This document shows, one piece after another, positions 31,006 to 41,058 of a DNA stretch of 64,000 bases (the stretch's first letter is position 1; each line of letters opens with the position of its first letter). This stretch comes from Nitrospirota bacterium. GTDB lineage: Bacteria; Nitrospirota; UBA9217. The notes below the pieces were generated by a model, which was not told the origin of the DNA, did no database searches, and saw only the letters and a program-made list of their open reading frames with translations. The position numbers were made by a program, and so were the translations under genes. The stretch is taken from assembly GCA_963845065.1 (NCBI GenBank), contig CAWJQQ010000008.1:448001-512000 (forward strand), read 5' to 3'.

Positions 31006-31261
31006 CAGACTGTATATCATTTGTTTGTGATATCCTTGGTGTTGCATGATAGGGTTGCACAAAGTAACAATACGACCAATTTTTAGACTTATTTTTTTGG
31101 TTATTACCTAAAAATGCATAATTTTTTTTCTTGACTATTCTTTACACTCCACGTATCATTGAATAGTTCATCAAATCCCTTCCATCCTGATAAAAAACGC
31201 AATATCCAAGTGCCTCCAGTGCTTTATTTGAAAGTGGAGAGAACGACGCAAGGAAATAGCA

Positions 31262-31480
31262 ATGGACTATGAGGATTACAATACAGATGCTACTGCCGCT
31301 CATAGCCACTTCGTTCATTGGTTACTTTTCATCTGCTCTATTATTCTTACAGCTTCAGGACTATGGATCGTATTAGATGCAGTGAGCTCATATGATATGA
31401 TGATGGGTGGCTTATCAATTTTCGTTTTCGGTCCGGCTGCGCTTGTAGCGGGGTATAAGTTAAAAACTGAGAAGCCATGA
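31262..31480 (+). CDS. Small two-TM membrane protein
   Basis: 72 aa, two hydrophobic segments, AAGGA RBS. Confidence 0.55.
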   Translation: MDYEDYNTDATAAHSHFVHWLLFICSIILTASGLWIVLDAVSSYDMMMGGLSIFVFGPAALVAGYKLKTEKP

Positions 31481-31710
31481 ATAATGCAGATCCGTTCGTT
31501 GGACCGCGATAGAGTTTTCAGGGGCTTTTGGGCTGGCGGCCAAACCAGGCGTTTTAATGCGACGCATGCACTTTGAGCAATAACGAGTTTGGATACGATT
31601 TCGATCATCACGCTTTCGCTTGAAAACCCTTGTCCATGAAATGGGGGAAAATCGGCGTCTCCTTTTCCTCTAAATTGCACAAAAACCGCTGTTGCGCTGT
31701 ATTTGTGCAT

Positions 31711-32087
31711 GTGAAATTAATCTCACAAATCAGGCTTCTTCCAATGCAAGAGCAATCAGACACACTCCCTCCACACTTCATGCCGCCAATTCCGCCTGTA
31801 ACTACGTAAACGAACAAGCCTGGTCCTCGAAGACCTACCGGCAAGGCGCCCTGCATTACCCCCGTTACAAGGGAATCCGTACCCTGTTTGGCCTCTCCAC
31901 CCTAGCATCCAAAAGGGTGTGATTTCCAAGGTCGCCGATTCATACAAGCTTGATAGGAAAACGAAACGGACCTTTAAGCATACTCGAACGATCGTGGACG
32001 AGGAATCGAATACTCTCCCAGGATCAAAAGGCCCTTACCGTTTCCATCTGGACGACCCAGGGCGGCATTCACAGCCCGTTCGTCTAA
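31711..32087 (+). pseudogene. tnpB: Degraded N-terminal fragment of a second, unrelated tnpB
   Basis: Across frameshifts it reads MKLISQIRLLP..EQ..TL / TLHAANSACNYVNEQAW..KTYRQ..LH / ISKVADSYKLDRKTKRTF / VSIWTTQG. This matches a recalled IS605 OrfB N-terminus. Degenerate left-end-like hairpin near 31623-31648. Confidence 0.7.
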
Positions 32088-32272
32088 CACCTATGCAGGA
32101 AGCGAAAATATTTGATTTGCCTGCTAAAGTTTTTATTTGTTATACCGATATATACAGTATGACAGTAACAGTAGGATTTAAGGAGGCGAAAACCCGTAAA
32201 AAAAGCCTAAAAAATCAAGATGGTTCACAAGCTTCTTCTCGTCGTCGGACCCGCTCGCCACGGAAAGGGCAT
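32084..32272 (+). repeat. 189-bp diverged repeat, copy A (partner 49948-50136, inverted)
   Basis: Colinear from CTAACACCTAT through CGGAAAGGGCAT. Confidence 0.85.
32125..32151 (+). promoter_or_regulatory. Sigma-28-type promoter
   Basis: TAAA-N15-ACCGATAT, ATG 8 nt downstream. Confidence 0.6.
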
Positions 32273-32929
32273 GATCGTCACGGCATAGCTTCTATCGTTA
32301 AGCGCCTTCGGAGCCTTTTCGCGATGATAAAAACTGACTGGTTATTGAAAAGCGTAATCAAGAAGCCAACCCGTCAAGCGCGCTCAAATAATCGATATCA
32401 GGGGAAAAGCAGAGTAAAGAAACCTTTGACAGCACTATTAATAGCGCCAATGCTTTTAATCTTCGTAATAGTGCTAGTTGGTGATTGTAAGAAACAAGCT
32501 GCATATAATCAACACCAGACACTTGAGGAGCGGATAGCGGAATTGGCCATGATTAGAAACGATATGGGGTTAAAAGAGCATGAAGATTGTTACAAGTGGG
32601 ATGGCATCGCGGCAAAACTTTATCTCGATCATCAGTTTGGGCAATCATGGGTGGACATTCAAAAAGATATGCTTGCAAAAGATTTTCTCACTACCTGGAA
32701 GGTTTCAGTCCAGGAAAGAAATCATATGGCTATGGCCTTTTTCCCGCTTATGCAACGAGCTGATATCAACGAGCGTCCGCTTGGATCTTTTACACTCAAT
32801 GAAACGATGGAGATTGCTCATGCGTTGTGCGGCGAACGAATCCTTACGGGGGGATTGCCTTTTCAGGAAAGTTCTTATACGGACGCTTCAACGACTGAAA
32901 CCCTCATTTTCTCACGTAACGCTATCTGA
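32159..32929 (+). CDS. Hypothetical protein with a basic N-terminus and one TM segment
   Basis: Part of ORF 31919-32929, whose first ~55 aa are the tnpB remnant, so the start was moved to ATG 32159. Start uncertain. Confidence 0.5.
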   Translation: MTVTVGFKEAKTRKKSLKNQDGSQASSRRRTRSPRKGHDRHGIASIVKRLRSLFAMIKTDWLLKSVIKKPTRQARSNNRYQGKSRVKKPLTALLIAPMLLIFVIVLVGDCKKQAAYNQHQTLEERIAELAMIRNDMGLKEHEDCYKWDGIAAKLYLDHQFGQSWVDIQKDMLAKDFLTTWKVSVQERNHMAMAFFPLMQRADINERPLGSFTLNETMEIAHALCGERILTGGLPFQESSYTDASTTETLIFSRNAI

Positions 32930-33196
32930 CGCCGTTATCGCCTATCTTATTTATCAGATATCACGTAAACCTCGTATTGCTGGCCAGGCTGCCGAGATCA
33001 TCGAAGTAACCCACCCTTACCTAAAATATAACTATTGAAGTATCATGTGAACGTTTCTTCCTCTTCCAGGGAGGTTGCGTCACTGAATTGCTTGCGAGAC
33101 ACCACATGAAACTAGCAATCTCTAACTATGGGTGCTCATCATTTTGTGAGAGATCTCAAAAGTTAGTTCCTGCAAATATTGGTCAGGCTGAATTAC

Positions 33197-34859
33197 CAAA
33201 CTATCCGCAGAAAGCCCCTGGTTTTAACCATGGGGATGAATGCGGGAACTTTGTTTTCCGGCACTTAGTAGACAAATGTACATCTATATGGTATATTTAA
33301 ACAACCAATGCCGAATAAACCTAAAACCCCATCTTTTATCCACGAGTTTCAACTCGTAGCGACTCCAAAGGACAATCGAATGCTCGATGCCCGGCTCGAA
33401 GCTGGCCGTTATCTGTACAATGCCTGCCTTGGTGAAGCGATGAAGCGTCTTACTGCCATGCGGCGATCAGAAAAATGGCTCGTGGCGATCACGAAGAAGA
33501 AAAGCAAGCTTCGCACCAAGATGTTCAAGACAGCCAGAACCCAGGCTGAATATACTGAATACCACCTTCATAACTACGTCGGTATCCTCCGCAATTCCTG
33601 CTGGATCAGTGAGCATATTGACAGCCTGACCGCCCAGAAAATAGCATCTCGAGCATATAGCGCCATCGCTGACTACGAGTTTGGGAAGCATGGCAAACCA
33701 CGTTTCAAGCGCCATGGCTGGATGTCGTCCCTTGAAGGTAAAAACAACAAATCTGGTATTCGGTGGTGCGATGACCATGTGGAGTGGACTGGCCTTCGTC
33801 TCAACTGTGTCTTCGACAAGAAAGACAAGTTTGGCGTTCAGGCTCATGCACTTAGCCATGATGTCAAGTACGTTCGTCTGGTCAAGAAAACTATCCGCGG
33901 CAATCCCCGCTGGTTTGCCCAACTTGTGCTTAAAGGCACGGCCAAGATCAAGCGTGAGAACCAGATTGGCACCGAAACCGTTGGCCTTGACATTGGCCCG
34001 TCGACAGTTGCCATCGTTGGTGATACCGATGCGTTACTACTCGAATTTTGCCCTGAAGTCGAGATACCGTTTAAACGTATCAAGACCGTCCAGCGCACAA
34101 TGGCCAGAAGCCTTCGTGCTACCAACCCGGGCAACTACAACGGAGACAAAACCATCAAAACGGGTAAAAAGCAGTGGGTCTTTTCTGTTCAATACCGTGT
34201 TCTTAAAGCTAATCTCGCCGAACTTCAAAGAATCCTTGCTGAAACCAGAAAACGGTCTCATGGCAAGCTCGTGAACAAAGTCCTCACTCTCGGTACCGAC
34301 ATCAAGACCGAGAAACTGTCGTACAAAGCATTTCAGAAACTCTATGGTAAAAGTATTTCGCGACGAGCTCCGGGGATGTTTATGTCGATGCTTCACCACA
34401 AAGCCGAAAACGCTGGCGGTAAAGTAACCGAGTTTTCTACCCGGAGCACAAAGCTTTCCCAGACATGCCATTGCGGAACAGTAGCCAAAAAATCATTGTC
34501 CCAAAGATGGCATGCCTGCAACTGCGGGGTAAGCACCCAGCGTGATCTCTATTCCGCATTCCTTGCAAAGCATGTTTCTAACGATGTCCTCGACACGCGT
34601 CAGGCTGCCAAAGCCTGGCCGGGTGCAAACCTGCTCCTGGAACGGGCGGTGTTGGGGGTGCAGCATGAAGCGGCAAAGGGTCGAATTCATCCAACCAGCT
34701 TCGGTATCAAGCAAGAGAACACCACGAACCGGAGACAGAGCTGCTCGTCCGTTAAAGGCGGATCAACGACAGTCGAGGCCGACAACGTTCGTATTGTTGC
34801 CGGAGAGCCTGTCGGTACAGCCGCTAGAACCCCTGGCTTTAGACATGGGGAGTGGTCAG
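33197..34859 (+). mobile_element. IS200/IS605 tnpB-only element, copy 3, 1663 bp
   Basis: TTAC at 33193-33196. Near-identical to copy 1 and ends TCAG. One C is missing in the right-end GAACCCCC run. Confidence 0.92.
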
Positions 34860-34876
34860 AGAAAAGATTGTATTAA
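33308..34876 (+). CDS. tnpB: TnpB RNA-guided endonuclease (reads through the right end into the flank)
   Basis: Near-identical to 8115-9650; a 1-nt deletion removes the stop and adds GFRHGEWSEKRLY. Confidence 0.92.
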   Translation: MPNKPKTPSFIHEFQLVATPKDNRMLDARLEAGRYLYNACLGEAMKRLTAMRRSEKWLVAITKKKSKLRTKMFKTARTQAEYTEYHLHNYVGILRNSCWISEHIDSLTAQKIASRAYSAIADYEFGKHGKPRFKRHGWMSSLEGKNNKSGIRWCDDHVEWTGLRLNCVFDKKDKFGVQAHALSHDVKYVRLVKKTIRGNPRWFAQLVLKGTAKIKRENQIGTETVGLDIGPSTVAIVGDTDALLLEFCPEVEIPFKRIKTVQRTMARSLRATNPGNYNGDKTIKTGKKQWVFSVQYRVLKANLAELQRILAETRKRSHGKLVNKVLTLGTDIKTEKLSYKAFQKLYGKSISRRAPGMFMSMLHHKAENAGGKVTEFSTRSTKLSQTCHCGTVAKKSLSQRWHACNCGVSTQRDLYSAFLAKHVSNDVLDTRQAAKAWPGANLLLERAVLGVQHEAAKGRIHPTSFGIKQENTTNRRQSCSSVKGGSTTVEADNVRIVAGEPVGTAARTPGFRHGEWSEKRLY

Positions 34877-35159
34877 CTATTGAAACGACTTTCGCAGCTT
34901 ATTTAATAGAGAGAACGTAACTATTTGTTATTTAATAGGTTGATTCATTCTAGGGCATTTAAATTTGGAACAAGTACCCTAAAAATAACCCGTAATTTTC
35001 CTTGTAATTTAAAAGGCAGCGTGTTATAAATAACATAACAATAAAAAATATTAATAACAAAAAAAATTAGTTAAGCATCATTGTCCATACTGTACAAGGT
35101 AGGAACAATAGTAGATTGCAAAGTGGTGCAGATTACTTCAATGCTGAATGAGGATGACC

Positions 35160-35495
35160 ATGATTTCATACGAAAACGACAAAAGGATCAGACCAAGAAT
35201 GATACAGGAGTTTGCAGTGGGAGTCAGAACCGAGAGAGGATTAAATGTGGTCTACGCCATTGACATCTCCCGCATCGGTGTAAAGGTTGGAAGCCCACTG
35301 CTTCTGCTTCCCCTTGGAGGACAGGTGGTGATAGAGATTGATAAACGGGGAGAAAAATATCCCTTCTCAGGCCGAGTCCTAAGAGAGGATGGAAATTATT
35401 ACATCAACCGTATAAACCGCAGTGTAAACACATATTTTATCAGCATTGACGACGAACAGTATGTAAAATTTGCAATCGACAATTATTTTGTATAA
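35160..35495 (+). CDS. PilZ-like domain protein
   Basis: KRIRPR and DISRIG motifs (RxxxR / DxSxxG). Confidence 0.65.
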   Translation: MISYENDKRIRPRMIQEFAVGVRTERGLNVVYAIDISRIGVKVGSPLLLLPLGGQVVIEIDKRGEKYPFSGRVLREDGNYYINRINRSVNTYFISIDDEQYVKFAIDNYFV

Positions 35496-35604
35496 TGTTT
35501 TGACAAAGAATTCAAAAGGGGTTTTTTCTTCTTAGGTTTTTGTGTAAAGATCCCTCCTTAATAATGAATGTTCAGGAAACGCGCCCCTTGAAAGGGAGTC
35601 TGAC

Positions 35605-36441
35605 ATGGAACAAATGAGACGGCATAAAAGATACGGCCTGGATTTAATTGACGTAAAAGGCAAGATGAGTTTATCTGAAAAAGTGGAGATCCTTGATATT
35701 AGTCTCGGCGGAGTTGCTTTAAAATCAGACCGGAGACTGAATCCCGGGAGGGAATATATGATCAATCTCCATGATAAAGGGAAGACTCTCAATGTAACGG
35801 GCATGATAGTTCGTTCTGAGCTGAGCGGAATGGAGGTAAGAGCTAACGGGGAACGGGTCTCCATATACGCGGCAGGCATGCAGTTTAAAGATGGTTTAAC
35901 GGACCAGGTCTCCGATTTTCTTAAATCAATAGTTCAAAACCAAAAAGGAACAGCATTATTACCGGAGGAGAGGAGACTCAATATCAGGTTCCAAATTACC
36001 GATCCGCGCGAAAATATTTTGTGTTATCCTGTGCACTTCATGGTAAAAACAATCAGCCTCTGCGGGATGCTCATCCGGACTGATCAGGCTTTGGAAATAG
36101 AAAACAAGGTACCCATGAGTTTGTCTCTGAATGACGGTATCTCGGTCAATTTTACTGGACGTGTTGTTTCATGCAACATGAAGGGAGACAACGCGCAAAC
36201 ACACTACGATATAGGGTTGGAATTTATCGAACTGATGGACAAGGATAAAACGCTGCTCCAAACGTTCATAGACCAGTGGGCAACAATGGAAAACCGTGCC
36301 GCAAGAGAAAGCGAACTGTCAGAGGCTGGAACTTTACCAAATCATCCGCAGAAAGCCCCTTGCTTTAACCACGGGGATGAATGCGGGAACTTAACTTTTC
36401 GACAATTGCTAGGCAAATGTTCATCTAAATGGTATATTTAA
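35605..36441 (+). CDS. Tandem PilZ-domain protein, C-terminus replaced by IS-derived sequence
   Basis: RRHKR..DISLGG and ERRLNIR..TISLCG. The last ~34 aa are encoded by the element starting at 36338. Confidence 0.85.
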   Translation: MEQMRRHKRYGLDLIDVKGKMSLSEKVEILDISLGGVALKSDRRLNPGREYMINLHDKGKTLNVTGMIVRSELSGMEVRANGERVSIYAAGMQFKDGLTDQVSDFLKSIVQNQKGTALLPEERRLNIRFQITDPRENILCYPVHFMVKTISLCGMLIRTDQALEIENKVPMSLSLNDGISVNFTGRVVSCNMKGDNAQTHYDIGLEFIELMDKDKTLLQTFIDQWATMENRAARESELSEAGTLPNHPQKAPCFNHGDECGNLTFRQLLGKCSSKWYI

Positions 36442-36693
36442 CAGAATAATGTCAGGTAATAAGTCTAAAACCCCCTCTTTCATCCATGAGTTTCAAGTCG
36501 TAACTACCCACAAAGACAATCGGATGCTTGATATTCGGCTCGAGGCTGGCCGCCATCTTTATAATGCCTGCCTTGGCTCGCCCGTCAAAGACGGATAAAC
36601 GACAGTCGAGGCTGGCAATGTTTGTGTTGTTGACAGAGAGAATGCCGGTATTGCCGTCAGAACCCCCTGGTTTTAACTATGGGGAGTGGTCAG
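36338..36693 (+). mobile_element. IS200/IS605 copy 4: diverged 356-bp miniature derivative
   Basis: TTAC at 36334-36337. Left end AAAG-CCCCTTGCTTTAACCACGGGG, the first ~42 tnpB codons, then ~115 nt of right end GAAC-CCCCTGGTTTTAACTATGGGG-AGTGG-TCAG. Confidence 0.88.
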
Positions 36694-37006
36694 CTGAATT
36701 TCCAATTCTTTGTTGCTTCCCGTTTTCTTCCTTTTGATATATAATTATTCTAAATTATGATACTTGCCGCAGGGCCCCTTTTCGTCAATTGAAAGTATGC
36801 ATTTGATGAACTGGCGATGTACGTGCAGCGCGAAATTTGTCAACCCAAACCAGCAACTGCGTCTGGAATGAGACGCAGTTACAACCGCGGCAAACGACCT
36901 CAAGAAAAAAGGCCGTTCCCCATGCGGTACATTATTTTTTGGTAATAGGCGGACATTGCTACCAGGTAATAAAATTAAACCAATGTAGCCTGGGGTTTGC
37001 ATAAAA

Positions 37007-40000
37007 ATGGCGATTAATTTATACATGCCGGTCCTGATCTTCCTATCAGGCATGATCTCCTATGCCGCTATTCACCATTGCACCATTGAGCAACGGCGGA
37101 GGCAACGCCGCGTCCATCTGCTATTCGCCGGTATATCTCTTGTGATGGCTCTGTTCATCCTGTCTACTGTCCAGACGTTCCAGGCCGCGACCGTGAACGT
37201 CTTCATTCAGTCGTCCCGATTAAATCTCTCCCTCTACCTTTTGCTCTTGGCAATGTTTCCCTGGTTCTTCGCCGAGTATGCCAGCGTGAGGCCAAAGACA
37301 GTGCTGGCTGGACTCACCGGGCTGGCTGTCGTGCTGTTCATTGTCAATCTGATCCAGCCATATACCGCCGCATACGCGGAAATCCATGGTCTTGCGCGCA
37401 TGACTTTGCCCTGGGGAGAGGAAATTATCTTACCGCTGGTCACCGCCAGCTATTGGCTTTACATCGGACTGACAGCCCACTCCCTTGTCATTGCCTTTGG
37501 GTTTTATGCCCTGGTTGTTCGGTTCCGCCGGGACCGCAGGCGCACGACCTTGTACATGATATTTGCCTTGGGGTTGTTCATGGCTGGCTCCGTCTCGGGT
37601 TTTTTGTTCAGATTGGGGATGGTTCACATCCCCCCCTTGGGGCCGGCCGGATTATTGATCATGGTCATTGTAATGGGGTTGACGCTGAACTACGAAATCC
37701 AGGAAGACCGCAGGCATCTGCAGGCAATACTGGACCATGTTCCGGCACATATCTTCATGAAAGATCCCAAAGGGCAATATATGATGATCAACCGCCACTT
37801 CGAAGACCTATTCCATGTCTCAAGCGCAAAGATGTACGGCAGGACAGATCTTCTATTATTCCCTAAAGAGCAGGCCGATGCCATGCATGCCGACGAACTG
37901 CAGGTGCTCGCGACGCGTCTTCCCCTGAAACGTGAGGAGATTATAACTACGAATGGCGAACCCCGCACCTATTTCTCCATCAAATTCCCGCTGTTTTATG
38001 CCGACGGCACGCCATTTGCCGTATGCGGCATATCCACGGATATTACCGAGCGCAAACTGTCCGAACTGGCCCTGAAACAAAGCGAAGCGAAATATCAGCG
38101 TCTCTATAATGAAACGCCTGTCCTGCTCCATTCCATAGACCGGAATGCACGAGTAGTCGATGTAAATGACTACTGGCTCAAAACAATGGGCTATGAGCGA
38201 AAGGAAGTTATTGGCAGAAAAGTAACAGATTTCTGTACGGAGGCATCGCGAAAGTACGCCTGGGAGGTCACTATTCCGATATTTTTCCGGGACGGCTTCG
38301 TTTATGATATACCCTATCAATTTGTAAAAAAGAATGGTGAGTTGGTGGATGTGCTTCTTTCGTCGACTGCTGTACGTGATGCTTCCGGCAATGTTGTCCG
38401 TTCCCAAGCTGTGCTCGAGGATATCACCGAACAGAAGCGGGCGGAGGCGGCCCTCCGCGAGAGCGAAGATCGTTTTCGCAGCCTGTCTAACGCGTCGCTC
38501 GAAGGTATTATGATCCATGATCAGGGTGTGATCCTGGACGCCAATATGGCGTTCACGCGGCTCTTTGGATATGATGAGCCAGAGGAGTTAATTAGCAAGA
38601 ATGGTCTAGAACTTATTCTATCGCCCGAATCCCGGGTGCGCATCGATCAGAGGTTACAACGGCAGGAAACGGGACCTCTCGAGGTGACCTGTGTCCGGAA
38701 AGATGGCACCACGTTTGTGGCGGAGACAGACTCGCAGCCGGTAAAGTACCGTGGCCATGATGCGCGTATTGTTTCATGCCACGACATAACTGAGCGCAAG
38801 AGAGCGGAAGAGGCGCTGCGCGAGAGTGAAATTAAATTTCGCGCGGTGTTTGAAAACTCCAGAGATGCCATCGGCATTGCAAAAAACGGTGTGCATTATT
38901 ATGCTAATCCCGCATATCTCAAATTATTTGGGCATGAGAGTAATGAAAAGATTGTCGGCACTTCGATACTCGATAGCATTGCACCGAGCCATCATCAACA
39001 GATGTTACAAATCATACGGCGCAGAACTGCTGGAGAACCAGCCCCATCAATCTACATGACACGCGGGAGGAAAACAGATGGTACTGAGTTTTACATGGAG
39101 GTCAGCACTTCTACCTATGAGTTGCAAGGCGAGATCTATTCAGTAGCGAGCATCCGGGACATCACTGAGCGCAGGCTGATCGAGGAGGAACGCGAAAGGC
39201 TCACTGTGGCCATCGAGCAGGCGGGGGAGACCGTGGTGGTCACGGACGCAGAGGGGACGATCCAGTATGTCAACCCCATGTTTGAGGCCGTGACGGGCTA
39301 CAGCCGCGCTGAAGCAGTCGGCCAGAACCCGCGCATCCTAAAGAGCGGAAAACATGACAATGCGTTCTACGTCGAACTCTGGCATACCATCACGTCCGGC
39401 CGGGCCTGGCAAGGCCGATTTATCAACCGGAAGAAAGACGGATCGCTCTACATCGAGGATGCGTCTATCTCACCTGTGCACGATAACACTGGCCGGATCG
39501 TCAACTACGTTGCGGTCAAGCGGGACATCACCGAACAACTTAATGCCGTTGAAGAGAAGGCAAGACTGGAAGATCAACTGCGGCAGTCCCAGAAGATGGA
39601 ATCGATCGGCACCCTCGCCGGCGGCATTGCCCATGACTTCAATAACATCCTAACCGCAATCATCGGCTATGGGAATATTGCCCTCATGAAGATGGCAAAG
39701 GACGATCCCCAGCGCCTGAACATCGAACACATGCTGGATGCAGCGGACCGGGCTGCGCACCTGACGAAAGACCTCCTGTTATTCAGCAGGAGGCAGATCA
39801 GTGAACGAAAACCCATTGACCTGAATGATGTTGTCCGGAAAGTGGAGACGTTCCTGAAACGGGTCATTGGAGAGGATATCGAATGCAAAACAAAGCAATT
39901 TGCGGGAACACTGCCAATCCTCGGCGATACGCACCAACTCGAACAGGTCCTGATGAATTTTGCCACGAACGCCAGGGACGCCATGCCAAAGGGAGGCATC

Positions 40001-40711
40001 TTTTCAGTCTCCACGGAGCAGATGAAGTTTGATAATGAATTCGCCTCGATCGATGGTTACATCAAGTCTGGCAACTATGCGTTGATTACCATATCGGACA
40101 CGGGCAACGGCATGGACGAGGTCACCAGAGAGCATATTTTTGAGCCCTTTTTCACCACCAAAGAAGTGGGCAAGGGCACCGGCCTCGGGCTTGCGGTGGT
40201 ATACGGCATCATCAAACAGCATGAAGGGGCCATCAATGTCTACAGCGAACAGGGCCGGGGCACGATCTTTCAGATATATCTGCCGCTCATCGCGGGGCTT
40301 GAGAATGAAACAAAATCCTCCGTGGCAGAGCGCCCGACTGGAGGGACGGAGACCATCCTGCTCGCCGAGGATGACGAAAATGTCAGGAACCTGACCAGGG
40401 CCGTGCTTGAGGATTTCGGTTACCACGTGATCATTGCAAAGGATGGTCAGGACGCGGTGAACAAGTATATAGAGAGTAAGGATAGGATCCGGCTTCTTTT
40501 GTTCGACATTATCATGCCGAAGAAGACCGGAAAAGAGGCCTATGACGCGATCAGGACCATGACGCCGGGAGTAAAAGCACTTTTTTTGAGCGGATATGCC
40601 CCTGATGTGGTCCGACAAAGGGTGTTGATTGACGACGGTATGCCGGTGATCAACAAGCCCATATCTCCGACGGAACTATTGAAGCAGGTGAGGGAGGCGT
40701 TGGACAGGTGA
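37007..40711 (+). CDS. Hybrid histidine kinase (7TM-like N-terminus, about five PAS/PAC, HisKA, HATPase, REC)
   Basis: Repeated DITERK/DITEQ PAC ends, [36 protein letters not shown]. Confidence 0.93.
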   Translation: MAINLYMPVLIFLSGMISYAAIHHCTIEQRRRQRRVHLLFAGISLVMALFILSTVQTFQAATVNVFIQSSRLNLSLYLLLLAMFPWFFAEYASVRPKTVLAGLTGLAVVLFIVNLIQPYTAAYAEIHGLARMTLPWGEEIILPLVTASYWLYIGLTAHSLVIAFGFYALVVRFRRDRRRTTLYMIFALGLFMAGSVSGFLFRLGMVHIPPLGPAGLLIMVIVMGLTLNYEIQEDRRHLQAILDHVPAHIFMKDPKGQYMMINRHFEDLFHVSSAKMYGRTDLLLFPKEQADAMHADELQVLATRLPLKREEIITTNGEPRTYFSIKFPLFYADGTPFAVCGISTDITERKLSELALKQSEAKYQRLYNETPVLLHSIDRNARVVDVNDYWLKTMGYERKEVIGRKVTDFCTEASRKYAWEVTIPIFFRDGFVYDIPYQFVKKNGELVDVLLSSTAVRDASGNVVRSQAVLEDITEQKRAEAALRESEDRFRSLSNASLEGIMIHDQGVILDANMAFTRLFGYDEPEELISKNGLELILSPESRVRIDQRLQRQETGPLEVTCVRKDGTTFVAETDSQPVKYRGHDARIVSCHDITERKRAEEALRESEIKFRAVFENSRDAIGIAKNGVHYYANPAYLKLFGHESNEKIVGTSILDSIAPSHHQQMLQIIRRRTAGEPAPSIYMTRGRKTDGTEFYMEVSTSTYELQGEIYSVASIRDITERRLIEEERERLTVAIEQAGETVVVTDAEGTIQYVNPMFEAVTGYSRAEAVGQNPRILKSGKHDNAFYVELWHTITSGRAWQGRFINRKKDGSLYIEDASISPVHDNTGRIVNYVAVKRDITEQLNAVEEKARLEDQLRQSQKMESIGTLAGGIAHDFNNILTAIIGYGNIALMKMAKDDPQRLNIEHMLDAADRAAHLTKDLLLFSRRQISERKPIDLNDVVRKVETFLKRVIGEDIECKTKQFAGTLPILGDTHQLEQVLMNFATNARDAMPKGGIFSVSTEQMKFDNEFASIDGYIKSGNYALITISDTGNGMDEVTREHIFEPFFTTKEVGKGTGLGLAVVYGIIKQHEGAINVYSEQGRGTIFQIYLPLIAGLENETKSSVAERPTGGTETILLAEDDENVRNLTRAVLEDFGYHVIIAKDGQDAVNKYIESKDRIRLLLFDIIMPKKTGKEAYDAIRTMTPGVKALFLSGYAPDVVRQRVLIDDGMPVINKPISPTELLKQVREALDR

Positions 40712-41058
40712 AAATTGCAGTGACATGATGAAAAAAATTATTGATGCCGGATTTTTTGTTAGCATGCCTCACCCAAGAATTTCGTAACATAGTCAACCGA
40801 GCGCGATGGCATAATAGTAAGCGCACTTCGGAGTTCATGGATTCATCGGTGAAACGATGAGTCCCGGTTAAAGTTTGCAGTGAGCTCTACTTTCTGTAGT
40901 TTCAGCCTTGGATCCCCTCGAAATGGCAATGTATCACGCAGCAATTCTTTTTAATTTTGATAGCTGTCATCATTAAGGACTTTATAACTGGAGACAGGGT
41001 CCATCCCAAATGTCACATAAATTCCTTTTGTCATATGTTCTGCGCTCGTGGCGGTCTA

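Noticed and set aside
31919..32158. N-terminal 80 aa of the 336-aa ORF as a real TnpB fusion
   Set aside because: It is a frameshifted tnpB remnant that happens to be in frame, with an internal sigma-28 promoter before ATG 32159.
33181..33196. GGTCAGGCTGAATT upstream of copy 3 resembling the copy 4 right junction GGTCAGCTGAATT
   Set aside because: A short gapped match with no hairpin next to it; compatible with chance.
11724..40711. Integron cassette array (long run of plus-strand accessory genes; attC-like start GCATAAC near 22743)
   Set aside because: No integron integrase, no complete paired attC boxes, and spacers that are too long and irregular.
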